DNA of 62,775 bases, filler included, from Candidatus Zapsychrus exili (GTDB lineage Bacteria > Omnitrophota > Gorgyraeia > Zapsychrales > Zapsychraceae): the NCBI GenBank assembly GCA_030765585.1. It is 5 parts of 5 records of this genome, joined end to end, with 100 filler letters (N's around TTAATTAATTAA, not from the genome) between each part and the next. Parts side by side here need not be neighbours in the genome. Positions count along the whole stretch, not along the records: positions 32,212 to 60,002 come from JAVCCJ010000022.1; 4 more parts are not named here. One strand, given 5' to 3'. The notes under the pieces are model-generated. The model was not told the origin of the DNA. It searched no databases and was given only the letters and a program-made list of their open reading frames with translations. Positions 41,833 through 53,100 of this stretch are shown piece by piece; the first letter of the stretch is position 1; the number at the start of each line of letters is the position of its first letter. Made by a program: the position numbers and the translations under genes.

Positions 41833-42656
41833 AATATAAAAAAATAACTGCTGCAATAGCAATATTATTTATCTGCCTAACGGCAAAGATGTCTTATGGG
41901 CAAGGAAGCTCGGCTCCCGCAACTCAACTAGAAAAGCCGAGATTCCTTCGAGCAAACGATGATATTTTAAAAATATCTATGCTAGAAGAAAAAGAAGAGC
42001 TTGTTGAAGCTCAAAAAGTCCTAACCATCACAAAAACAAACGGCAAAACACATAAAACAAATGGAAATGGCTCATATACAATATTCGACGATAAAATGCT
42101 TTTAGACGGATATACAAAAAAATATAGTGATCTTGCTAAAGAAATAATAATAGAGATGATAAAAGATGACACATTATCATCATACAAAACAGCTGCTTCG
42201 GTAAGAGTATTTAAAGAAAAATATTGTCGTCAAGTTGTATCACGCGAAAGAATACTCACAGAAAAAATACTTTTAAGAAGATTGCACAGGACAAGGTCTC
42301 CTTTTGTTCAAGTGGAGATAATGCATACATTGTGTCGCCTAGACAGATACAGATATTTTAAGTCAATGGTTCCTGCATTAATTCAAAAAATGAACCACTA
42401 CAATAAAACAGTAAATGATATAGCGTACAATAGCTTAAGCGATATCGTTGAGGTTGGCAACAAAAGGACGAGAGAGGCTAGAATAGTTTTTAATACGTTA
42501 CGAAAAATACTTTTCTTATCACGCCGCAGACTTGCATCTATAAAAGAACCTTCGGAGAAACTAAAACAAAAATTAGCATTACTACGTTGGTCAGTTAAAG
42601 TTCTTGGAACTCAAGAACTTAAGAAACTCCCTAAAGAAGTCTTAAGCTTGCTCTAA
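41829..42656 (+). CDS. Hypothetical exported protein (helical, basic)
   Basis: Signal-peptide-like N-terminus; ATGA overlap with nadC stop. Confidence 0.7.
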   Translation: MKYKKITAAIAILFICLTAKMSYGQGSSAPATQLEKPRFLRANDDILKISMLEEKEELVEAQKVLTITKTNGKTHKTNGNGSYTIFDDKMLLDGYTKKYSDLAKEIIIEMIKDDTLSSYKTAASVRVFKEKYCRQVVSRERILTEKILLRRLHRTRSPFVQVEIMHTLCRLDRYRYFKSMVPALIQKMNHYNKTVNDIAYNSLSDIVEVGNKRTREARIVFNTLRKILFLSRRRLASIKEPSEKLKQKLALLRWSVKVLGTQELKKLPKEVLSLL

Positions 42657-42692
42657 TAGTTAGAGTAGATATTTTCACATCTCAAATTATCT

Positions 42693-44516
42693 ATGAAAAA
42701 AACCTCTTGGATTATATTTATTCTGGTTTCAATATTAAGCCTTTTTATATGGCATAAATATACCTACCCACAACTTGCCTTTATAAACCTATCCGTAGAT
42801 AGGGAAGAAGCTCTTAAAATCAGCAAAGAATATTTAAAAGAAGTCGGAGTTAATCCCGAAGAGTTTAAATCTGCAATTATTTTTACAAGAGAATCTAGCG
42901 TAGATAGATACTTACAAAAAACAATCGGTTTTAAAAAATTTAAAGAATTCATAAAAGAACACGATTTCAATATGTTTCTTTGGATAATTAGGTTCTTTAA
43001 AGAAAATGAAAAAGAAGAATATAGACTTTCAATAAGCTCTTCAAATGGAGAAATAAATTCCTTTAGACATACTATTGATGATAGCACTTACAAAGAAGAC
43101 TTGGGAGAAGCGGCAGCAGAAAAATACGCGATAACTTTTCTTAAAGAATATTTCAATTTTAATAGCGACGAATATACGCTGCATAGCAAATCTACAAAAT
43201 CGCTAGACAACAGAAAAGACTACTATGTCTCTTTTAGAAAGAATAGCGTACATATTCCTTGGAGCCAAGAGAAAGACACTGGCGCAGGCAAACTAATAAT
43301 TGGTGCAACAATATCAGGCAAAGAAGCTCTTTCATTTTTTAAATATGACTTTCTAGTACCAGACCAATTTAATCGATATATGGACAATAAAAAGGATACT
43401 GGAAGAAACTTATCTGCAATAGTTCAAATTTTCTACACAATGCTATTTTTCTCTGCAATGGGGGTGATTTTCCTAAAACGAAATCATCTTGCAATGCATG
43501 TAACGAAAAAATTCTATATGGGCCTTGGTATCGTTTACTTCATATTACTTTTTCTAACTATTTTTAATTATTTTCAAGATGTATTTTTTGATGTCTCAAC
43601 TTCTTCTTCTGTGGACACCTATCTCTTAAGACATTTTATAAATTTAACTATAGGTGCCGTGTTTGCAGCAACCATTTTCATTATACCTGGAGTGTCAGGA
43701 GAACTGCTTCATTTTGAAAATCTCCAAGAAAAGAAAGAAGGTGCTTTTCTTTGTTTCATTAGATCAACATTTTTATCGCGCAGTTTAAGCCAATCAATTC
43801 TTTTAGGATATTTTGTATGCATTATTATGCTAGGCCTACAAAGTCTTATAACGGCAATAGGGCAAAAATATATGGGCGTATGGGTAGAGTACAGTTGGAT
43901 GGGACAACTATCAACAGCATACTTACCATTCTTAGCAGCATTAACAATAGGCGTAACAGCTTCTCTTTCAGAAGAAACTATGTATAGATTGTTTTCTATC
44001 AGTCTTATTAAAAAATTTACAAAAAATATAATACCTGCTGTTATAATTTCATCTCTTATCTGGGGATTTGCTCATAGCAGCTATCCTGTATTCCCTATGT
44101 GGTTTAGAGGAGTAGAGGTAACCTGCCTAGGGCTACTCTTATCATATATATATTTATCTTTTGGTATCGTTCCTGTAATTATCGCACACTATTTATTTGA
44201 TGTTTTTTGGAATTCATCAAGCTATCTTCTTGGCGTAGCAAAACCTTTTGACTTCTTCAGCTCTCTAGCTATACTTTTGCTTCCTTTGGTGTTCTGCGCA
44301 ATTTGCTTTATTGCAAACAAAAACAAAGAAGAGAAAAAGCTCAAGTGGCTTCTTACCAAGCATCAAGAATTTAATCTAAATATCTTAAAAACATTCATAA
44401 AAGAAAACAATGCTGTCTTTTCCAATAAGGCTAGGGAAGAAATAGCTCAAGAAATCTGTTCTCATGGGTGGGATATTGCGGTGGTAGAAGTTGCTTTAGA
44501 CGATCTAAACTATTGA
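42693..44516 (+). CDS. CPBP/Abi (type II CAAX) intramembrane metalloprotease with large extracytoplasmic N-domain
   Basis: EETMYR, WGFAH, IAHYLFD motifs within multiple TM helices. Confidence 0.8.
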   Translation: MKKTSWIIFILVSILSLFIWHKYTYPQLAFINLSVDREEALKISKEYLKEVGVNPEEFKSAIIFTRESSVDRYLQKTIGFKKFKEFIKEHDFNMFLWIIRFFKENEKEEYRLSISSSNGEINSFRHTIDDSTYKEDLGEAAAEKYAITFLKEYFNFNSDEYTLHSKSTKSLDNRKDYYVSFRKNSVHIPWSQEKDTGAGKLIIGATISGKEALSFFKYDFLVPDQFNRYMDNKKDTGRNLSAIVQIFYTMLFFSAMGVIFLKRNHLAMHVTKKFYMGLGIVYFILLFLTIFNYFQDVFFDVSTSSSVDTYLLRHFINLTIGAVFAATIFIIPGVSGELLHFENLQEKKEGAFLCFIRSTFLSRSLSQSILLGYFVCIIMLGLQSLITAIGQKYMGVWVEYSWMGQLSTAYLPFLAALTIGVTASLSEETMYRLFSISLIKKFTKNIIPAVIISSLIWGFAHSSYPVFPMWFRGVEVTCLGLLLSYIYLSFGIVPVIIAHYLFDVFWNSSSYLLGVAKPFDFFSSLAILLLPLVFCAICFIANKNKEEKKLKWLLTKHQEFNLNILKTFIKENNAVFSNKAREEIAQEICSHGWDIAVVEVALDDLNY

Positions 44517-44711
44517 TCAAGCACGTTTAGAAATCTTTACATTTTTGCAAATTATTAGTAAATTTAATTAATTGTAGTGTTAACAAAAGCTATAATTCTG
44601 CTATAATACTTTTAATAGTATATTTTAATAAGTTTTAGAACTTAACGCTATAGTAGCTCTGTTGTTACTTATGCATCAATTCGCACCTATAATTTAAAAG
44701 AGGATATAGCC

Positions 44712-45086
44712 ATGATCAAAAAAACCCTTATTCTTATTTCTTGTATATTTCTTTTATCGTCCTGTAGTGTTTATAAAGTCACATCTCAAGATATAACAGA
44801 CAACTATTACTCTTCTAAAGCCTCAACTAAAGATGTTGCTTATATTAAAACAATATCAAAACCTCATGAAGTCATAGGATACATTACTGTAAATGCTGAA
44901 AGGCGTCAGCCAATGGATGAGGTGTTGGAGAAAATAAAAAGAGAGGCTGCGATATTAGGTGGCGATGCTATTACAGATATAAAGACAGATGCAACAGGTC
45001 AATGGAAAAGTCTTCCAGCGCAAAAATTTATAGGAAATGCTTACGTAAGAGCTAACTTTACAGCGACAGTTGTAGCATTTGAATAG
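44712..45086 (+). CDS. Small lipoprotein (YbjQ-like fold candidate)
   Basis: Lipobox LLSSC, HEVIGYI...KREAAILGGDAI. Confidence 0.7.
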   Translation: MIKKTLILISCIFLLSSCSVYKVTSQDITDNYYSSKASTKDVAYIKTISKPHEVIGYITVNAERRQPMDEVLEKIKREAAILGGDAITDIKTDATGQWKSLPAQKFIGNAYVRANFTATVVAFE

Positions 45087-45124
45087 TATCTTCGGTGCCT
45101 GGCACCGTTTATTGGAGTATTTTT

Positions 45125-46210
45125 ATGACAATTTTTATATTATTAATTGTTTTATCAGTCGCAGGAATTGCTTTTGTCATTTTCACTATGAAAAAGGAAG
45201 AGCCTTGCGATGAGAGCGAAATCGCAGAAATATCTCCAGAGCAAGTTGAGACTACAAATAAATCAAGTTTATTAAATTTCTTATCGTTCGGAAAGAAAAA
45301 AGAAGACATAGTAGAGCCTCTATCTCTAACAGAAGATTCGCTAGAAGATTCAGATATTGGCACTGCTTCTTTAATGACGTCTCCTGTTGAAGAACTAAGC
45401 CAATCAGAGAAAATAATAGAAGAAATTGTGCAAGAAGAGGTCGCTTTACCAGAAGATAATACAGAAGAAAAAAAAACAAAACTAGAAGAACTTCTTAAAG
45501 AAAAAAATGCCGCACTAGAGGAACTTCAAAAGGCTCTTAACAAAGAACAAGAAAACAGAGAATCGTTTGACAAGGTAAAAGAAATACTTCAAAAGGAACT
45601 TATAGACACAAGAGAGAAGGCAAGAAAAGCAAAAAAAGAGTTAAGCCTAACAAGCGATGAAGGAGATCAATACGCAGAACAAATAGACGAACTTCAAGAA
45701 AAAGCAAATAACCTTGAAAGAAATTTAGAGGATAAGGATAAGGACATAGAAGAGCTCACAAGAAGACTTGAACAAAACAAACATAAGCAAGAAGCAGAAA
45801 AAGAAGGACTTAAAATAGTCTACGAAGAACCCATGAAAACTGAAGATAATATTATAGTTAGCGAAAAAGTAGAAGAAATAAAGCAGGAAGATTTGCCTGA
45901 AGTAACCGTTGTTACTGAGAGCGAAGAGCCTGACATTGATTTAACAAAACACAATGAGATAGAAATAATAAATACGGATGAAGTTTCAGAAGACATTGCT
46001 TCAAAAGAAAAAAATATTGTTGAGCAAGCAACTTCTGTTGAAGACGATAAAAAAGATCCTGTTATAGAAATAACAGATACGGACTTAAAAGAAGCTTCTG
46101 AAGAAGATAATACAAAAGAGGACGAACAAGAAGAAGAATCAGAAGAAGAACAAAATCCTGGCTTTCTAAAATTAAAACCTGATATTCTCAAAGAAGAAGA
46201 CAAAGAATAA
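45125..46210 (+). CDS. Membrane-anchored acidic coiled-coil protein
   Basis: N-terminal TM helix, long coiled coil, Glu/Asp-rich tail; ATG 45125 after GGAG. Confidence 0.7.
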   Translation: MTIFILLIVLSVAGIAFVIFTMKKEEPCDESEIAEISPEQVETTNKSSLLNFLSFGKKKEDIVEPLSLTEDSLEDSDIGTASLMTSPVEELSQSEKIIEEIVQEEVALPEDNTEEKKTKLEELLKEKNAALEELQKALNKEQENRESFDKVKEILQKELIDTREKARKAKKELSLTSDEGDQYAEQIDELQEKANNLERNLEDKDKDIEELTRRLEQNKHKQEAEKEGLKIVYEEPMKTEDNIIVSEKVEEIKQEDLPEVTVVTESEEPDIDLTKHNEIEIINTDEVSEDIASKEKNIVEQATSVEDDKKDPVIEITDTDLKEASEEDNTKEDEQEEESEEEQNPGFLKLKPDILKEEDKE

Positions 46211-46294
46211 TAACGATTATATAAAATCCCAAATATAAAACAACACCTGACTACCTATAAACAATAATCCCAAAAAAGCTACGAGGAATAATTT

Positions 46295-46861
46295 ATGAAA
46301 ATAAAAATATCTATAATTTTAACAGCAACACTATTATTCACATTAACATCAATATTCTTTACTAAAGAAGGAGAAACACAAATGTCAGAAGGCACAACAA
46401 TTGTTTTTGAAACAAATCAAGGCGAAATCGAAATCAAACTTTTCCAAGATATAGCACCTAAAACATGTGAAAATATGGTGGGTCTAATTGAAAAAGGATA
46501 TTATGATGGAATCATTTTTCATAGAGTAATAAAGAATTTTATGATACAAGGCGGCGATCCAACAGGAACAGGAAGAGGCGGAGAAAGTCTGTGGGGAGAC
46601 AAATTTGAAGATGAAGTAACTCCTGCTGCCGCATTTGACAAAAAAGGCATACTTGCAATGGCAAACGCTGGTCCAAATACAAACGGAAGCCAATTTTTCA
46701 TCACAACAGCTGCAACTCCTTGGTTAAATATGAACCATACTATATTCGGTGAAGTCGTTACTGGTTATGATGTCGTTGAAAAAATAGAAAATACACAAGC
46801 AGGGCCAGGAGATAAGCCAGTAGAAGATCAGAAGATTATAAAGGCATATATTAAGCAATAA
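46295..46861 (+). CDS. Cyclophilin-type peptidyl-prolyl isomerase
   Basis: [47 protein letters not shown]; hydrophobic N-terminal extension (alternative start 46382). Confidence 0.95.
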   Translation: MKIKISIILTATLLFTLTSIFFTKEGETQMSEGTTIVFETNQGEIEIKLFQDIAPKTCENMVGLIEKGYYDGIIFHRVIKNFMIQGGDPTGTGRGGESLWGDKFEDEVTPAAAFDKKGILAMANAGPNTNGSQFFITTAATPWLNMNHTIFGEVVTGYDVVEKIENTQAGPGDKPVEDQKIIKAYIKQ

Positions 46862-46899
46862 TAAAGTAATTATTTAATATTCAACACTTTTTTTATGAG

Positions 46900-46938
46900 T
46901 TTTCCATAAGCTATTACAATATAACGGCTTATGGAAAA
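46900..46938. terminator. Hairpin downstream of the cyclophilin gene
   Basis: TTTTCCATAAGC...GCTTATGGAAAA, 12-bp arms. Confidence 0.5.
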
Positions 46939-46958
46939 TGATGTTTTCTTGCAAGCTC

Positions 46959-46986
46959 TTGTCATTTGCAAGAAATATGTTATACT
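46959..46986 (+). promoter_or_regulatory. Sigma70-type promoter for the giant gene
   Basis: TTGTCA-16 bp-TATACT with extended -10 TG; overlapped by IRs TTTCTTGCAA/TTGCAAGAAA and CTTTTCCTA/TAGGAAAAG. Confidence 0.5.
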
Positions 46987-46999
46987 TTTCCTACTATAG

Positions 47000-47139
47000 G
47001 AAAAGGCAACGTTTCCTTGTAGCTTTTCTAAACATAGAAACAGTTACAAGGGAATCTCGGTTTTTCTAATTAAATAGTAACCGAACTTACCTTTTCAATA
47101 TCCAGCCACAATAAGAGACGCGTTTATTCGCAGTCTCTT
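47000..47139 (+). ncRNA. Structured 5' leader (three-way junction plus hairpin), candidate cis-regulatory RNA
   Basis: P1 47000-47009/47087-47096, P2 47012-47054 (19 bp, 2 G-U), P3 47057-47084, P4 47113-47139. Confidence 0.4.
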
Positions 47140-47193
47140 GCTTTACAATCAATTGAAAATTATATATCTATTTTATACAGGAGGAAAACTTGA

Positions 47194-50100
47194 ATGATGA
47201 GTTCTATTTCAAAATCAAAAACAAGTTTAGCTTACAGAGTATTATGTTCATTTATAGCATTTTCAGTTGTATTTACTGCTGTTATTCCACCTTCATACGC
47301 TCAAAGCTATGTGAGTCTTCCGGCTCCGGGAACATTCGTAAACATTACGAACAGTTTCACCCCCACAATAGTAAAAGGGATAACAATTCATCCTGAAAAT
47401 CCTCTAGAATTCGATTTTATTGTTGATTCTGGTGATAATAAGCTAAAAGGGGAGCAATTAAAAGAAGAATCACTTAAACTCATCAAATACTTCCTTGCAA
47501 CACTTACCGTTCCTGAAAATGAACTTTGGGTCAATTTAAATCCATCCCAACCAGATAAAATAATGCCTGAGAAGCTTGGACATACTGAAATGGGACGTGA
47601 TTTACTTGCTCAAGACTATATATTAAAGCAATTGACAGCTTCTTTAATGCATCCTGAAGGAGAAACAGGTAAGGAATTCTGGAATAAGATATATAAAAGA
47701 ACAAAGAAAGAGTTTGGAACAACTGATATAAACACAGATACTCTAAACAGAGTTTGGATAGTTCCAAGCAGTGCGACCGTATATGAAAAAGATAACTCTG
47801 CTTTTGTACTTGAATCAGAACTAAAGGTCTTGCTAGATAAAGAATATCTTTCAACTAAAGAAGGCACTGCATTAGATAATTCAACTACTACTCAAATAAT
47901 AAAAGAAATCATCATCCCTGAACTAGAGCGTGAAGTAAATACAGGCAAAAACTTTGCTCTTCTAAGGCAAATATCAAATTCTATGATACTTGCTACCTGG
48001 TTTAAGATGAATCTAAAAGAATCTTTATTAGGCAAAGTATATGTAGATCAAAACAAAGTAACAGGAATAGATTTAGAAAACAAGAATGTAAAGCAAGAAA
48101 TCTATAATCAATACCTAGAAGCGTTTAAAACAGGCGTATATAACTATATAAAGGAAGAGTACAATTCAGAAACACAAGAAATCATACCTAAGAAATACTT
48201 CTCTGGTGGTATGGAGACAAAATGGAGCCCTAAAATAAATGTGGTTAATGAAGATACAGCTGATAGTGCTTTATTAGCACAAGCGGCTGATGTAGCAGGT
48301 AGTGTAAGTAACTTGAAGGTTAATCTTTATGATTTTGGAGCAGATGCAGATCTAGACCAAGCAATGGTGGCATCTAAAAAATTCATCGGTGCAACAGAAT
48401 ACACCACAGTCGAAGGCGAACTCTCAAGCATTCCTGCAAGCGCTCCGATAGACAATCCTTGGCCACAAGTAGTATCAAAGCCAACAGGCATAGCTATTAG
48501 TGGTATTGGCAGGATTGGAAGATTGCTTGTAAGACAAATAACTGATTACAATAACCCTAACACTGAAATCAAAGCTATTATCGGAACAGACGTATCAAGA
48601 GAGACAACTCAAGAAGGTAAATTAAATCTTCAGCTTAAATACGCAAAACAAATAACCGAAAGACTAGCAATTGATACAGCCTACGGAGAATTTAATGCTG
48701 AATTAGATTATGGCGTAGATGAAAATTCTGACGTATACATCACGGTAAACGACAAAAAAATACCAATAGTAAACAGAGAAAAGACTTCAGATTTATACAA
48801 ATGGTCTGACTTGGGAGTAGATGTTGTTGTAGAAGCGTCAGGCGCACTTAAAGATAAGAAGAAAGCAGGTGGACATCTAACAGCAGGTGCTAAAAGAGTT
48901 TTAATAGCAGCTCCTGGAGGATCAGACGTAACAGGAACTTTTGTTGTAGGTGTTAATGAAGGTGAATTTGATCCTAGAAATCCAGAACATGATATCGTAT
49001 CAAATGCATCTTGTACTACAAATGCAATTGCACCTGTAATGCAAGTATTAGGGAACATTGGTTTTCAAGCAGGTTCTCTAAACTCTACTCATGCTGTAAC
49101 AAAGAGTCAAGTACTTCTAGATGGAACAAATCTTAAAAAACCAGAACAAGGAAGAAGTGCTTTAAAGAACATTATAAAGACTTCAACCGGTGCTTCAAAA
49201 GCACTTAAGGCTTTAGGAAGAAAGCTTTGGTCTAGAATGAGTGGTTCAGCTTACAGAGTCCCTACTTTAACTGGTTCTGTTATTACATTAGATTTTAAAG
49301 TAGATGATAAAAACATGACAAAAGAACAAATGCTAGAAGCCTTTAAGACAGCTGCTGCAGGAGAACTAAAAGGTGTTATAGCAGTAGACGGAAGTTTATC
49401 TACGAGAGATATTATAGGAAGAACAGAAGGCGCTATAGTAGCAGAACAATCGGTTAAAGTTATAAACACAAACGATGGCTCATTAGTCCATATGCAAATA
49501 TGGTATGACAATGAATACGGATATACAACTCAACTTCTTAAAATGCTTGATGAAATGTCAGAAAAAATAGAAAAAGTTGAGAACGGAGAAGAAATAGAAG
49601 TAACAGAAAATATTGATGCAGCTATTCCTGCAGTTTTAACCGCAGATCAAATCGATGCTCCAGAAATACCTGAACTTTTAACACAAATAAGAGAAGCTCA
49701 AAAAGATCTTAACAGACCAATCAGACTTGGTGTAAACGGTCCTGGAAGAATAGGAAGACTTATCGTAAGACAGCTAATTGGTAATCCTAATTTTGATCTA
49801 AGATCTATTCCTTACGATTCTCCTTCAGTGCTAGCAAGATTACTTAAAGATGACACTGTTCATGGAAAAATAAAAGGAAAGATAGAATTTAATGATGCAG
49901 AAAGATGGCTAAGTGTAAATGGTAAGAAAATAGCAATACCAAAGAGAGTTAGAACACCGCAAGAAACAAAATGGGAAGACTATGATGTTGAAATGGTTAT
50001 AGATGTAACTGGTAAATTTACAACGCAAGAAGACTTATCTGGCCATTTAGGTCAAACTGTTAAAAAAGTAATTATTGGTGCACCAGCAAAAGGAGATATA

Positions 50101-53100
50101 GAAGGTACTTTTGTATTTGGTGTTAACGAAAACACCTATGATGGCGCAACACAAAACGTTATATCAAACGCATCTTGTACTACAAATGCACTTGTTCCTG
50201 TAGTAAAAACAATTAAAGATGTATTTGGAATCAAAGCTGGTTTTATGACAACAGTGCACGCTGTTACATTAAGCCAACCTAGCCTAGATTCAAAACAAAA
50301 GAAACCAGATCGTGAACCAGCATCAGGAGCAAACATAACTCTTACATCAACAGGTGCTGCAAAAGCAGCAGGACTAGTTTTACCTGATGTAAAAGGACTT
50401 CTAGACGGCGATGCTCTAAGAGTTCCTGTTGAAGATGGTTCTATGATAAAACTATCAATTGAAACAGAAAAGCCTGTAAAAGATGTTGATACATTAAACA
50501 ATGTTTTAGCACAAGCAGCTGATGGATACCTAAACGGAATACTAAAAGTAGAAGAGATGGAAGTGTCTTCTCAAGTTATAGGCCAAAGACTAGGTGCTGT
50601 TGTTGCAAAACAAGGAACAGCTGTTGAGCAATTACCTAATGGCGGAAGTCTTATAACTCTACATATATTCTATGACAATGAAGCTGGATACACATCACAA
50701 CTGCTTAGAATGGCACAACATGTTGGAGAAGGTATGGTAGGGGTAGCTGACCAAGCAATGGTGGCATCGACGGATAAGATGACGTTAGAAGACATTGATG
50801 ATGCAGTTTATAATGGAAATCCTGTTATGATCCGTGTTGATTTTAATGTTCCTCTAGATGAAAATGGAAAAATTACAGATGACACAAGAATAAGAGCAGC
50901 AATACCAACAATCAAATACGCTTTATCTAAAAACGCTAAAGTTATTATAGCTTCTCATATGGGCCGTCCAAAGGGAGAAAGAGTAAAAAATCTAAGCTTA
51001 GCTCCTATTCGAGAAAGATTAAAAGAACTGCTTAAAGATTCTGCAGACTTTGTGCACTTCAGTGATGAGTTTATGACAGCTGCAGACGCAGAAGATTTTA
51101 TTGATAATGTCATGGACTCAAAACAAGTTCTTCTTTTAGAAAACACAAGATTTAATGAGGGCGAACAATCTAAAGACCCTGAAATCCGTCAAGCTTTTGC
51201 AGATAAAATGTTTAAAGGAATTAAAGCATTTATTTTAGATGGATTTAGCGTAGCTCATAGAGCAGAAACATCTGTTGTGATGGCGCCTAATGATATCCCT
51301 AAAGCAGCCGGTTTTCTTGTTGCTGAAGAAATAAACGGTTTACAGAAAATAGTAAATGAAGTTGATCTTGTTGTTATGGGAGGCAGTAAGGTATCTGGCA
51401 AGATTAATATAATCGAAAATCTACTTAAAAAAGAAACATTAAAGCATGTCTTAATAGGTGGAGCAATGGCAAATGCATTCCTTGTTGCAAAAGGGATGAA
51501 ACTTGCTAAAGGCAATGCTGGTATTGCGCCAGAAGAAGTAAAAATAGCTAAAAAACTTCTTAATTCAAAAAATGCAGATAAAATAATTCTTCCTTTAGAT
51601 GTTGTTGTTGCAAAAAGCTTTAGTAAAGACGCAGAGTATATGACAATAAACGTATCGGAAGACGCAGGAAAATACGCAGTAAAACAAATACTTGAACCTG
51701 ATGCTTGGCTATCGCCAACTTTTGTTGATACAGGCTCTGGAATGACCCTAATAGAACCATCAATCCAATCACCAGAGTTTCTTAAAGATTGGATAGCAGT
51801 TGATATCGGATTCGCAACTAGCGCCTATTATAGTAGCTTAATCGAAGAAGGAAAGGTTATGTTCTGGAATGGTCCAATGGGAGCATTTGACAAATTTTTA
51901 TTTGCTCAAACCGGAACTAGAGCTATTGCTCGTTCTTTAGAAAAAGCAAAAGGCTTTACTGGTGCAGGCGGAGGAGACTCTGTTGCAGCTATTAATCAAT
52001 TTGGTATCAAAGGTATTGACTATATATCTAAAGCAGGTGGCGCTACACTTGAATTCTTAGAAGGCAAAGATCTTCCTGGAATAGTTGCTTTATCGGATAA
52101 AGCTGACCAAGCAATGACAACTAGAAATTTATCTACACCTTTATCAAAAGCTATTTTTGAAGCTCGCGTAGCACATGATTCTCGAGGAAGAGAAACAGTT
52201 GAGGTTGAAATGGCTATACCTGCAATAATAGCTCCAGTAACACTTACTCTAAAAACTACTGGTATTGTTCCAGCAGGCGCGTCAAAAGGAAAAGCAGAAG
52301 CTGTTACAGTAGGCGTAGAGCAGGCAATAAAAAACATAAACGAAGTTATTACCCCTGCTTTACAAAAAAGCGGTCTTAATATGAATAAACATAAAGACCT
52401 TATTAAAGCAGATAGGCTTATCGCAAAATTAGCAGGTGATAATTTTAAAGACCTTGGAGCAGATGCAACTGTTCCTGTATCTTGGGCTTTATGGAGAATG
52501 GCTGCAGAGTCACAAGACATGAGCCTGGGTGAGTATATCAAAAAATACGAACCAGATGCTTATGATAATGCAAATGACCGCGTAAATTTCTATATGAATA
52601 TTTACAATGGTGGCTTACATGCATTAAAAGATGGCGAGACTCTTGGTGTTGATAGAATTGATACTCAAGAAACTATGCTTGTAATAAAAGCTGCTACTTA
52701 CCAAGAAGCTATCGAAATGGGTGACAAAATTGATGCTGAACTTAAATTGATTTTACTAGGTGAATTTGAGATTGAAACAATAACAAGAGCTGACGAAGCA
52801 GGTTTCTCAGTAAAAGGCTTAGGCGACTCTGATAAAGCAATAGAGCTTGTTTTAGAAGCAATAGAAGAAGCTGGTTATACTCCAGGAAAAGATGTCAAGC
52901 TTGCTTTAGATGTTGCTGCTAGCTCTTTTTATATAGAAAAAACTGGTATGTATGATTTTCAAGGAGAAATGAGAACGTCAGAGTGGATGGTAGATTATTA
53001 TGTAGGACTAGCCAAGAAATATCCTGGTGTTTTCATATCTATAGAAGACGGTCTAGAAGAAGATGGTTGGGAAGCTTGGGCATCTCACGCAAAAACAATG

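Noticed and set aside
47000..47096. Leader as a c-di-GMP-I riboswitch (starts AAAGGCAA, ends TTACC)
   Set aside because: Lacks the GNRA tetraloop and GCAAA junction; kept only as an unassigned structured leader
50746..50760. TGA/TAG/TAA triplets shortly before the ATG in several boundary repeats (e.g. gcTGAccaagcaATG) as stop-restart junctions
   Set aside because: They are out of frame with the upstream domain and there is no consistent SD; internal initiation cannot be excluded but is unsupported
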